DNA of 64,000 nt from an uncultured Cytophagia bacterium (lineage in GTDB: Bacteria; Zhuqueibacterota; Zhuqueibacteria; Residuimicrobiales; Krinioviventaceae): positions 170-64,169 of the forward strand of contig CAZSMC010000019.1 in the NCBI GenBank assembly GCA_964607755.1. The letters are read 5' to 3'. A model generated the notes under the pieces. That model was not told the DNA's origin and searched no databases. It worked only from the letters and a program-made list of their open reading frames with translations. This document shows, piece after piece, positions 1-8,099 of the stretch. How positions within the stretch are numbered: position 1 is the stretch's first letter; each line of letters opens with the position of its first letter. The translations under genes and the position numbers were made by a program.

Positions 1-322
1 CAGCTCCCATAATTCTATCGGTTGTTACGTCCACTGTTTCATGCGTGGATTTTACTCTGTGAAATCGGATACATTTTAGGATTGAGATACTATAGGCATT
101 TTCCATACGCAGATTATGGTATCGCGCCCGCAAATTACTGCGCACATGGTTTCTGAATTTGTTTTTGTGAGTAACTTGAAAACAAGTCCCCATTTGCCCC
201 TCTAAAGTTCTTTTTAATTGTCGGATATAAATTAGTTACAAATTTATGTTGAAAAATGCAACTATTTTTTGAAAAAGTCAAAAAACTCGTTGCATCCTCT
301 CATTGAGATGTATGTGCTGCAA

Positions 323-351
323 TGCCGTCACACAGTGACGGCACTCCAAAA
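323..351. repeat. REP-like palindrome (copy a of a GGAGTGC-tagged family)
   Basis: tgccgtcac-aca-gtgacggca hairpin followed by ctccaaaa; 24/29 nt identical to 1778-1806 with a compensatory T-A/C-G stem change; partial echo gaactccaaaa immediately after. Confidence 0.75.
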
Positions 352-378
352 GAACTCCAAAATAGCCGTTCTTTGCAG

Positions 379-1551
379 TTACACTTTGATAAAAATCCGT
401 TTTTTGTACAGGATCGATATAACACCCAGCCACAAGGCGACGAACAACAGGGCAAACATTAACGATGCCAAATCATTGCCAAATACCGGTTTTAATAGCA
501 CAGCGTAAACATAGCTTTTTATGCTAAAAGGTGTTCCGCCAGCTGAAAACGTTATAGTGCTGAAAAGATTGCCGAAAAACGATGACAACACATAAGCGGT
601 GATGGCGTTGGACCCGAAAATCACAAACGGCGTGGTGCCGGTGCGCTTGCCTTTGATATCGGCATAATAATAAATCAGGCCGAGGACAATCATGGCCAGG
701 CCGGAGCTGAGCAGCACATACGAGCTGGTCCAGATTTTTTTATTGATGGGAAAAACCGGATTGACAAGATAAGCCAGCGCTACGCCAATCACGCCGGCGA
801 TCAACAAGCCGCGAAACACATGGGTGCGGTTATCGTTGCTGCGCAGCCACCAGCCGCACAGCACACCGCTCAGCACCGTAGCAATGGCCGGCAGGGTGCT
901 CAGAATGCCTTCCGGGTCCCAGGTTTTGGCTTCTTCCCACACGTGCTCGCCAAACACATGCCGGTCAATGTAACCCGCCAGATTTCCTTCTGGCGAACTC
1001 AACTGCCCGGCGCCGCATCCCGGGACGGGTACGAATGTCATCAGCACAAAATAGAGCACCAGCAATCCGGCAAAGGTCCAGGCAATGGGTGCTACCCGGG
1101 TTACCACGTTGCCATCCCGGCGGTTGCTCACAGCGATGTACAGCAATGACGCAAAAAAGTAACACATCGCAATGCGCTGCAAAACCCCGGGGATTCGCCA
1201 CGTCGACAGATCGAACTCGAATGTCCCGTTCAGAAAAAGCCCGACAGCAAACAAGATGAGCGTTCTCCGGACAATGCGGGCGAACATTTGCCGCCGGGCT
1301 GCGGTTTGCAGGTATTTGTCCATGGACAGTTTGATGGCAACACCCACGGCAAACAAAAAGAACGGGAACACCATATCCGTGGGCGTCCAGCCGTGCCACT
1401 CGGCGTGCTGCAGCGGCGGATAAACGTACGACCAGCTTCCGGGATTATTCACCACAATCATACAAGCCATGGTCAGGCCACGAAAGACATCGAGAGAGTA
1501 GATTCGCTGGGACGGGGGGATCATAGAAGCTCCTTGGTTTTTGTCTGACAC
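379..1551 (-). CDS. HGSNAT/NagX-like (DUF5009) membrane acyltransferase
   Basis: 390 aa polytopic membrane protein with LDVFRGLT...VNNPG...HAEWHG..PTDMVFPFFLF, GVLQRIA, WDPEGILSTL and PINKKIWTSSYVL motifs typical of the heparan-alpha-glucosaminide N-acetyltransferase family; GTG start. Confidence 0.88.
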   Translation of the reverse strand: MSDKNQGASMIPPSQRIYSLDVFRGLTMACMIVVNNPGSWSYVYPPLQHAEWHGWTPTDMVFPFFLFAVGVAIKLSMDKYLQTAARRQMFARIVRRTLILFAVGLFLNGTFEFDLSTWRIPGVLQRIAMCYFFASLLYIAVSNRRDGNVVTRVAPIAWTFAGLLVLYFVLMTFVPVPGCGAGQLSSPEGNLAGYIDRHVFGEHVWEEAKTWDPEGILSTLPAIATVLSGVLCGWWLRSNDNRTHVFRGLLIAGVIGVALAYLVNPVFPINKKIWTSSYVLLSSGLAMIVLGLIYYYADIKGKRTGTTPFVIFGSNAITAYVLSSFFGNLFSTITFSAGGTPFSIKSYVYAVLLKPVFGNDLASLMFALLFVALWLGVISILYKKRIFIKV

Positions 1552-1594
1552 TTAAAAATAACCGCTATGGAAATTCGACAAAAATAAATCTACC

Positions 1595-1806
1595 TTTGGA
1601 GTGCGCTTTGGAGTGCGCTCTCTGTGTGAGCGCACGGGGGTAAAACTTTTCTTAGATTACTCGAATCCTGTCACAATAACATATCTTGTCCACGCGCACC
1701 GTCTATGTTGGCGCCACGGGCGACAGTCCGCAATGCCGTTTAAACCATCTCAGCACCGTGAGCCGTCTCTCGCTCGCAGCCGCCACGCAGAGGCGGCACT
1801 CCAAAA
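1595..1806. repeat. REPIN-like doublet: two inverted REP hairpins bracketing ~140 nt
   Basis: Left: tttggagtgcgc duplicated in tandem (1595-1606, 1607-1618), hairpin gtgcgctc-tctgtgt-gagcgcac (1613-1635). Right, inverted: gccgcc-acgcaga-ggcggc-actccaaaa (1779-1806). Confidence 0.75.
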
Positions 1807-1833
1807 TGTGCATTTTTCCCGGCCAAAACGATT

Positions 1834-3870
1834 CTACATATTTTTCACATAATTCAGCATCTGTTCCAGAGCCGGTAAAATCATCAGTTCGGTTTGGCCG
1901 CGTGGTTTTTCAGCTTTTTTGAGAGTGTTTGAAAATCGCTCTATCTTTTCGTTCGAGAGCCGGTTGCCGGAGTTAATGCTGTTTACCAATTCGATGCTAA
2001 TCGCAGCGCACTCGGACAGGTCCCAGGAGAGGCTGGAAATTTCATCGAGTATCGGGGAGACGGCAATGATTTTAGCCAGTTTGTCGTGATTGTCCCGCCA
2101 AACTGTTAACTGGCCGAGCAGAACTTTTCGCAGCGAATCGGACTGACCTTCACCGGCGAGGAATGCATCGACCGTCCAGCGGAATTCGCGTGCCACTTTG
2201 GCATCGGGGCGCGCCGCATCTACCACACGCGTCAAGGGCGAATAAGTGGTGTATTCCCGCTGCGCCGGCCGCTGATAGCCTTTCAACGGCTCGATGATTT
2301 CGACCAGCGTTCGCAGCGAGCTGATCTCGTGATTGTTGGTGAGCCGTCTCAGCATCATGGGCACGTTTTTCTTGTGCGTCAGGCCGTGCTCTTCCAGACG
2401 GTAACTGATCGCTTCCAACCGGCGATACATATCTCGGACGTCGTTTATCTCCCGCGGCGACCAGAACCGTTCAGCAATAGCAGCCAATCGCGGCCAGATG
2501 CGCGAATCGATGGTTTCCGGCGTGACAAACTCGCCCCACATGGTCGCCTCGCCGCCGAGGATGCGTTCGGCCTGTTCTTCGTTCACCGGCACATCTTTTG
2601 GCAGCGGATCGTTCAAATAATGATGATCGGTCGGTCGAATGAGATCGATGTAATAGCCGTTCGACAGCATGGATTGATAACCTTTTTTTGCCGCCTCGTA
2701 CAGCGCCTCTTTGCCGCGCCACGACTGAATGACAATATTCGTCGGCATGTCCGGCTGCAGAATTTCATCCCAGCCCACCATTTTCTTGTCATATTTGGTC
2801 AGGATTTTCAGAATCCGTTGATTGAAATAGCTCTGCAGTTCATGGTTGGATTCGATGTCGTGTTCCCGCATAAACTCCTGGACTTGCTCGTTGGCATCCC
2901 ACTGTACACCGCTATTCTCATCGCCGCCAATGTGCATGTACTCGTCCGGAAACAGCGCGCTCATTTCCCGGAAAAAAGCATCGAAAAACGTGTACGTTTC
3001 CTCGATGGTCGGATTGAATGTCGGGTCCATGATGCCAAAGTGGCGCTCGATGGTGTACGGGCCGGGCTGACTGGCCAATTCCGAATAGCCCACAAACCAA
3101 CTGGTTGAATGACCGGGGATATCAAACTCAGGCATCACCCGGATGCCGTGGTCAGCCGCGTAATCGATGACGTCCTTGATCTGTTCGTGGGTATAGTAAA
3201 AACCGTCCGAGCCAAACTCATGCAGTTTCGGAAACGTTTTGCACTCCACACGAAAACCCTGATCTTCGCTCAGATGCCAGTGCAGTACATTGAGTTTCAT
3301 TGCGGCCATGGCATCGAGATTGCGTTTTATCACAGCGACAGGCTCCCAGTGTCGGCACACATCGATGAGCAAGCCGCGCCACGGAAAACGCGGTTCATCC
3401 TGAACGCGAATGAGCGGAAACACATACGCACCGTCATTTACCGTCAAAAGCTGGAGGAACGTTTCCATGCCCCGCAGCGCACCAACATCGGTTTCTGCCG
3501 ACAATGTGACGTCATCCTGTGAAACTTCCAAAACATAGCTTTCATCCATGCCCAGCTCGACATCAGCCACACGCTCGACAGTGATCATCATATCCCCTTC
3601 CTTGGGACTCTCTGGCGTGAGAAAATCCTGCGGGAAGAACAGACCGGTGCGATTTGACAGTCGCCGCAGCATTCGTGTTGCTGCGCGGTAAACCCGCTCG
3701 TCATCCACACCTTGTACAGCAACGCGAAAATCTTCTTCCAACTCATAAAATCCATCACCCAATTCTATAATCCCGGGAACGGGCATGAGGTTAAGTGTTT
3801 TTGGCTGTTCTTTTGCACTAACAACAACCACCAGGCTGAATAGAAATAAAAAAATCAGAATGTAACGCAT
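1834..3870 (-). CDS. Beta-N-acetylhexosaminidase, glycoside hydrolase family 20, secreted
   Basis: 678 aa; signal peptide; RFPWRGLLID, HWHLSEDQGFR, PEFDIPGH, catalytic HIGGDE, LGGEATMWGE and WPRLAAIAERFWS motifs; AGGAGG RBS. Confidence 0.95.
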   Translation of the reverse strand: MRYILIFLFLFSLVVVVSAKEQPKTLNLMPVPGIIELGDGFYELEEDFRVAVQGVDDERVYRAATRMLRRLSNRTGLFFPQDFLTPESPKEGDMMITVERVADVELGMDESYVLEVSQDDVTLSAETDVGALRGMETFLQLLTVNDGAYVFPLIRVQDEPRFPWRGLLIDVCRHWEPVAVIKRNLDAMAAMKLNVLHWHLSEDQGFRVECKTFPKLHEFGSDGFYYTHEQIKDVIDYAADHGIRVMPEFDIPGHSTSWFVGYSELASQPGPYTIERHFGIMDPTFNPTIEETYTFFDAFFREMSALFPDEYMHIGGDENSGVQWDANEQVQEFMREHDIESNHELQSYFNQRILKILTKYDKKMVGWDEILQPDMPTNIVIQSWRGKEALYEAAKKGYQSMLSNGYYIDLIRPTDHHYLNDPLPKDVPVNEEQAERILGGEATMWGEFVTPETIDSRIWPRLAAIAERFWSPREINDVRDMYRRLEAISYRLEEHGLTHKKNVPMMLRRLTNNHEISSLRTLVEIIEPLKGYQRPAQREYTTYSPLTRVVDAARPDAKVAREFRWTVDAFLAGEGQSDSLRKVLLGQLTVWRDNHDKLAKIIAVSPILDEISSLSWDLSECAAISIELVNSINSGNRLSNEKIERFSNTLKKAEKPRGQTELMILPALEQMLNYVKNM

Positions 3871-3903
3871 ATGACCTCCTCAGCGTAATTTTCTCTTAAA
3901 AAT

Positions 3904-3952
3904 CCCTGCCATGTGCCGGTGTGCATCACTCAACTGCGCCGACATGGCAGGG
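3904..3952 (-). terminator. Long hairpin, probable intrinsic terminator or mRNA-stabilising stem between GH97 and GH20
   Basis: ccctgccatgt (3904-3914) / acatggcaggg (3942-3952) inverted repeat; on the minus strand it is followed by attttt. Confidence 0.5.
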
Positions 3953-3988
3953 GACATATAAATTTTACGATACTTTTTCGTATTGCTC

Positions 3989-4061
3989 ATATTTGACAGG
4001 ATCAACAAGATAAACCGGATGAATTTTCTATATTGAAAATCCTGATCATCCTGTCCAATAT
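3989..4061. repeat. Imperfect inverted repeat built from short CAGGAT/ATCCTG units
   Basis: atatttgacaggat (3989-4002) pairs with atcctgtccaatat (4048-4061); left arm continues caacaagataaaccggat, right arm has atcctgatcatcctgtc. Confidence 0.55.
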
Positions 4062-4083
4062 TTTGTGTTAAATAACTGCTATT

Positions 4084-6039
4084 TTACAGTTTGATCGGAA
4101 TCGCACGCAGCACAAAACCACCGTAGGGCTGCATGGTAACGGTTTTTGTTTTTTCGGCGCCGGCAAGACTTTCAATTTTGAACGAATCCGGAGTCTCACC
4201 GTCGCCAATGAACAAGATATCCAACTGGTCGCCAAAATCCAAAAGATTAATCTCGACTTGTTGCTTTTCTGACAAACCATTGATTCCGGCAACATACCAT
4301 TCATCCTGCTTTTGTCGCGCCAAAACCACAAATTCAGACGGACTGCCAGCGATGCAGCGGGTATCGTCCCAGGTGACCGGCACATTGGACAGGAATGTCT
4401 GTGCTTCCTCAGGTAATTCAAGATAACCGCTCACCCGGTCGGCAAAATGCTGTATGCCTGACTGGAATACGACGGACAATGCCAGCTCGTGCGCATGGGT
4501 GGTTTTGTGCGGGTAGGTCACATCCGTAAATGTGACCGGCGTGAAATCCATGGGGCCAATGACATTGCGGGTAAACACCAGATTGACATTGTGCCACGGC
4601 GCTTTATCCGGATAGGTGTCATCAAATTTGTAACATTCTGCCCCGCTCACAGATTCTAAAGTGAGCAGATTCGGATAGGTGCGATGCCAGCCGCGCGGGA
4701 TGGTACATCCGTGACAGTTCACCATCAAGCCGAAATCGTGGGCGTCTTTAAACAGATCGATATAGTACTGAATGATTTCCTGCTTGTCACTGTGCCAGAA
4801 ATCCACTTTGATGCCGCGGACGCCGAGCTCCTGCAGCCACCGAAATTCCTGTCGCCGGCGCTCGCGTTCGTACAGCCGGTCACGAGGCGCTTCGGTCACC
4901 ACGTTATTCGGCCCACCGGAATTATACCATATCAACACACCGATGCCTTGTGAATCGGCATACTTTATGAAATCCTTCAAATCAGATACCGGTTCGTAAT
5001 TCCAGTTGGCATCGACCAGATAATAATCCCAGTTCATTGTTTTTGCCATATCGACGAACTTTTTCTGTTTTTCGAAATCCCGCGGACTGTCACTATCCGA
5101 CCACCAGCTCCATGCGGCAATGCCCGGCTCGACATAATCGCCAACATCGTAAGCCGGCGGATCAGCTACATGCGTGACCAAAGAAGATTCCACAATATCG
5201 GCCGGCTCGCTTCCAACAATGATCACTTTCCATGACGTTTCCCACGGCAATGTGGACGTTGGCTGCGGATCTGCCATGCCCTCGGCATCGGACGCCTCGG
5301 GCAGACGAACGCGGTACATGCCGTCGGTGGCCTCCGGCTGCAAATGTGTACCGCAATAGCTGCCGTTTAAACCAGATTCCGTTAGCAGCAGGAAATGCTC
5401 GCCATTGTTTACCTTGAATAAAGCCGGAAACGCCCAGCCGGATTCAGTCGGCGAGGTCGACCCCACATCGTAGGTCTCATAAAAATTTTCATACGCCGGC
5501 CACCACTGTCCGGGATCATCGCATGGCATGATAACCGCTTTGCCGTCCGGGATGTGAAAACCGGTGGCTTCTTGTAGAATCGTTTTGGGATTTGAATCCG
5601 AATCCGGAAACACGTATTTAAACGCCACGCCATCGTTATAAGCGCGGACTTTGAGATCGAGACGGGCACTGTCCCGGTTGATGAACGACAGCGTCATTTC
5701 ATTAGCATGATTGCGGCATTGACGGCGTTTGCCGTTATGCAATGTGTACTGCTCGTCAATCACTCTTTCAGTCTTGCCAGTGAACTGGAATCCTGTTAAA
5801 AAAGACGTGTCATCGCGTTCGAGCCCTAATGGCGAACGGGCAACAACTGTGAATTCATTCAATATGACCGAATAAGTTAATGAATCAGCCGCATTGTCCG
5901 CTTCTGCTTTGCTCCGGGACAATTCGACAATCATCCTGATCTGTTCATCAGGTGATTGTACGGTCCATTTGGTTTGAGAAACCTGTTCGCAGCTCATAAA
6001 GCCACCGAACAGAACAGCACACAATAGCATCACTCGCAT
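4084..6039 (-). CDS. Glycoside hydrolase family 97 lipoprotein, retaining-type (alpha-galactosidase-like) signature
   Basis: 651 aa; lipobox FMS-C; VRAYNDGVAFKY, PGIAAWSWW, YYLVDANW, GIKVDF, NCHGCTIPRG and VIGPMDFTP motifs. Asp in KVDF and DxxW match the retaining GH97 subgroup rather than inverting SusB. Confidence 0.92.
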   Translation of the reverse strand: MRVMLLCAVLFGGFMSCEQVSQTKWTVQSPDEQIRMIVELSRSKAEADNAADSLTYSVILNEFTVVARSPLGLERDDTSFLTGFQFTGKTERVIDEQYTLHNGKRRQCRNHANEMTLSFINRDSARLDLKVRAYNDGVAFKYVFPDSDSNPKTILQEATGFHIPDGKAVIMPCDDPGQWWPAYENFYETYDVGSTSPTESGWAFPALFKVNNGEHFLLLTESGLNGSYCGTHLQPEATDGMYRVRLPEASDAEGMADPQPTSTLPWETSWKVIIVGSEPADIVESSLVTHVADPPAYDVGDYVEPGIAAWSWWSDSDSPRDFEKQKKFVDMAKTMNWDYYLVDANWNYEPVSDLKDFIKYADSQGIGVLIWYNSGGPNNVVTEAPRDRLYERERRRQEFRWLQELGVRGIKVDFWHSDKQEIIQYYIDLFKDAHDFGLMVNCHGCTIPRGWHRTYPNLLTLESVSGAECYKFDDTYPDKAPWHNVNLVFTRNVIGPMDFTPVTFTDVTYPHKTTHAHELALSVVFQSGIQHFADRVSGYLELPEEAQTFLSNVPVTWDDTRCIAGSPSEFVVLARQKQDEWYVAGINGLSEKQQVEINLLDFGDQLDILFIGDGETPDSFKIESLAGAEKTKTVTMQPYGGFVLRAIPIKL

Positions 6040-6128
6040 TTTTTCGTCCTCCTGGTTTTGACTTTTTTTACAGCTACTATTTAAGCATTTCTCAATTTTT
6101 ATTCAATTATTTTTAGCAAAATATTTCG

Positions 6129-6287
6129 GAAATACCTCAGTTACAATTCCAACAATGGGTCACAAAACTAGTTAATAACATATTATAATTTCCAAATTTA
6201 TAGAATGATACAACATTGATGCAGAAAAGATTTGTGACCCATTGTTTAATTTAGATAGAGCATATCAACCGATAACTGAGCTTATAC
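6129..6287. mobile_element. MITE-like non-autonomous element, copy 1 (159 bp)
   Basis: Homologous to 20801-20958; imperfect 15-bp TIRs (11/15, core ctcagtta/taactgag); perfect internal IR aacaatgggtcacaaa (6151-6166)/tttgtgacccattgtt (6231-6246); flanked by an 8-bp direct repeat atatttcg (6121-6128, 6288-6295). Confidence 0.8.
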
Positions 6288-6354
6288 ATATTTCGATTTA
6301 TATTGGTAGTAATATTTGAAAAGAGTATCTTTTTTGATACCCTTGCATACCTCT

Positions 6355-7608
6355 TCATGCGGATGACTTGACCGGCCAATATACATCGGTTTCTACATTG
6401 TGGAACAATTTTTCCAGGACCAGAGCCGCACACCCGACACTGATTCCATCTTCTCCGAGGATGCTAGTTTTGAGCTCCACCGCCTCGACAGGTGTTCGAA
6501 GAGGCGCTCTTTCCAAATGACGATTCACTTCATCGGACATTTTGGGTAATTGGCGAAACAATGGCCCGCTCAGCACAAGGACTTTGGGATTAAAAGCATA
6601 AATCAAATTACAACAGACCGTCCCGACAATTCGGCTAAACAGTTTAAAAATATAAAGTCCGAGCGGGTCTCCCTCTTTTACAGCGGTGATAAAGTCCTCG
6701 ATAGTAGCGTGTTCTGAGAGAATAGATGTCCAGCCTTCTTCCAGGCCGCGCTGGATTGATTTTTTAATGTTAGTAAATGATAGCACGTCTCCCCAAAATC
6801 TGGGTTGGTCATTTATGAGAATAGACTTTTGCAGCGAGGCTTCCGGGAAAAATTCGCTAAAGCCGATCTCTCCGGCACTTGCCGTCGTGCCGCGGATTAA
6901 TAGTCCGTTCAACATAATGCCAGCCCCGATGCCGTTTTCCAGCCACAAACAGATCAAATCTTTCACATCACGACCGGTGCCGAATTGATATTCACCAAGT
7001 GTCAATGTTTTTACATCATTCTCCACATAAACCGTATATCCCAGTTGATGTTGGATATATTCTTGAACGGCAAAATTTTGCCATCCCGGAGCGGTGCGTT
7101 CCCGGACGAGGCCTTGTTTATAGTCCACGATGCCAGGTAAAGCAACACCCACGCCAACGACCCGGGAAGAAACATTCAACCCAGAAACCATAACTAAAAC
7201 GTCTTGACACACAGAATCTAATATTTTTTCTGGTTGTTCTCCTTGTTGAAAAAAAGTGATCTTTTTTTGCAATATTTTGCCGTGCAAATTAACAATCCCA
7301 TAAGACACATAATCTAAAGCAATATGAATTGAAATCACAAAGCCGGCATCGGCATTGAAAGCCAGCAAAACTTCTTTTCGTCCACGACCAGCCCGGGTAT
7401 TACCTTTTCCGACAATCGTTACTAAATTCAAGGATTTCAATTTATTAACGTTATTGGTGACAGTCGCACGAGTGAGTCTCAACCTTTGTGCCAGGCGGAC
7501 TCTTGAAATGGGACCAGATTCATACACAGCCCTCAAAATGGAAAGTTCATTTGTATTTAATTTCTGGACTATTGTCTCCACAGGCATCCTATTATTTTGT
7601 TTAGGCAT
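6355..7608 (-). CDS. ROK-family transcriptional regulator (NagC/XylR-like)
   Basis: 417 aa; N-terminal wHTH (GPISRVRLAQRLRLTRATVT), GVGVALPGIVD, YVENDV..LTLGE, GIGAGIMLNG and AGEIG motifs. Alternative start at 7587. Confidence 0.93.
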   Translation of the reverse strand: MPKQNNRMPVETIVQKLNTNELSILRAVYESGPISRVRLAQRLRLTRATVTNNVNKLKSLNLVTIVGKGNTRAGRGRKEVLLAFNADAGFVISIHIALDYVSYGIVNLHGKILQKKITFFQQGEQPEKILDSVCQDVLVMVSGLNVSSRVVGVGVALPGIVDYKQGLVRERTAPGWQNFAVQEYIQHQLGYTVYVENDVKTLTLGEYQFGTGRDVKDLICLWLENGIGAGIMLNGLLIRGTTASAGEIGFSEFFPEASLQKSILINDQPRFWGDVLSFTNIKKSIQRGLEEGWTSILSEHATIEDFITAVKEGDPLGLYIFKLFSRIVGTVCCNLIYAFNPKVLVLSGPLFRQLPKMSDEVNRHLERAPLRTPVEAVELKTSILGEDGISVGCAALVLEKLFHNVETDVYWPVKSSA

Positions 7609-7826
7609 TTAACAATTAAGACACCAAGAGAATACAAATTTGATTTTGAAAACACAAGGTTTTTTTAATCCACTAATTCTTTTTCTTTTTATCTTTGTAA
7701 CTTTTGTTCTTGTAATTATTATTATATTATATTCATTTTATTGTATTTATGTATGTATTGCAGTGGCCAGATATTAAAATTAAATGAGCATTGGAGGAAA
7801 AAGTACCTCAATTCCGAAAAATTTTC

Positions 7827-7862
7827 TTGACAAAATCAATAAATAATTGTATTATGATTTTG
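7827..7862 (+). promoter_or_regulatory. Sigma70-type promoter for the CBM9 gene overlapped by a palindromic candidate operator
   Basis: TTGACA (7827-7832)-17 nt-TATTAT (7850-7855); inverted repeat caaaatca (7831-7838)/tgattttg (7855-7862) spans the spacer. Confidence 0.55.
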
Positions 7863-8099
7863 TTTATATATTTAACTTTTGATAATATTTTACATCACAA
7901 TTATGACATATATTTGTTTTTATCCTCGTATGTCAGTCATTTTTCCATATTCATTTCTGTTCTTGTAAATAACATCAATCAGTGAATCCGGTTTGAGTTT
8001 TATATTTCAATCATTGAATGAACTTACTTTGTGAGGAGGTGATCTGCGAATTCAAACGCCCGTTAATTCAGTTTAATTTTTAAAAAAAAGGAGGAAAAA

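Noticed and set aside
1-268. Possible minus-strand gene running off the left edge
   Set aside because: One frame is open for a few dozen codons but has no recognisable motif or RBS; cannot be supported.
323-1806. Repeats read as a CRISPR array or integron attC sites
   Set aside because: Copies are in mixed orientation, irregularly spaced and separated by a gene; no cas or integrase gene and no GTTRRRY cores.
6251-6433. Small ORF overlapping the MITE-like element
   Set aside because: It overlaps the ROK gene end, and no equivalent ORF is called in the second copy.
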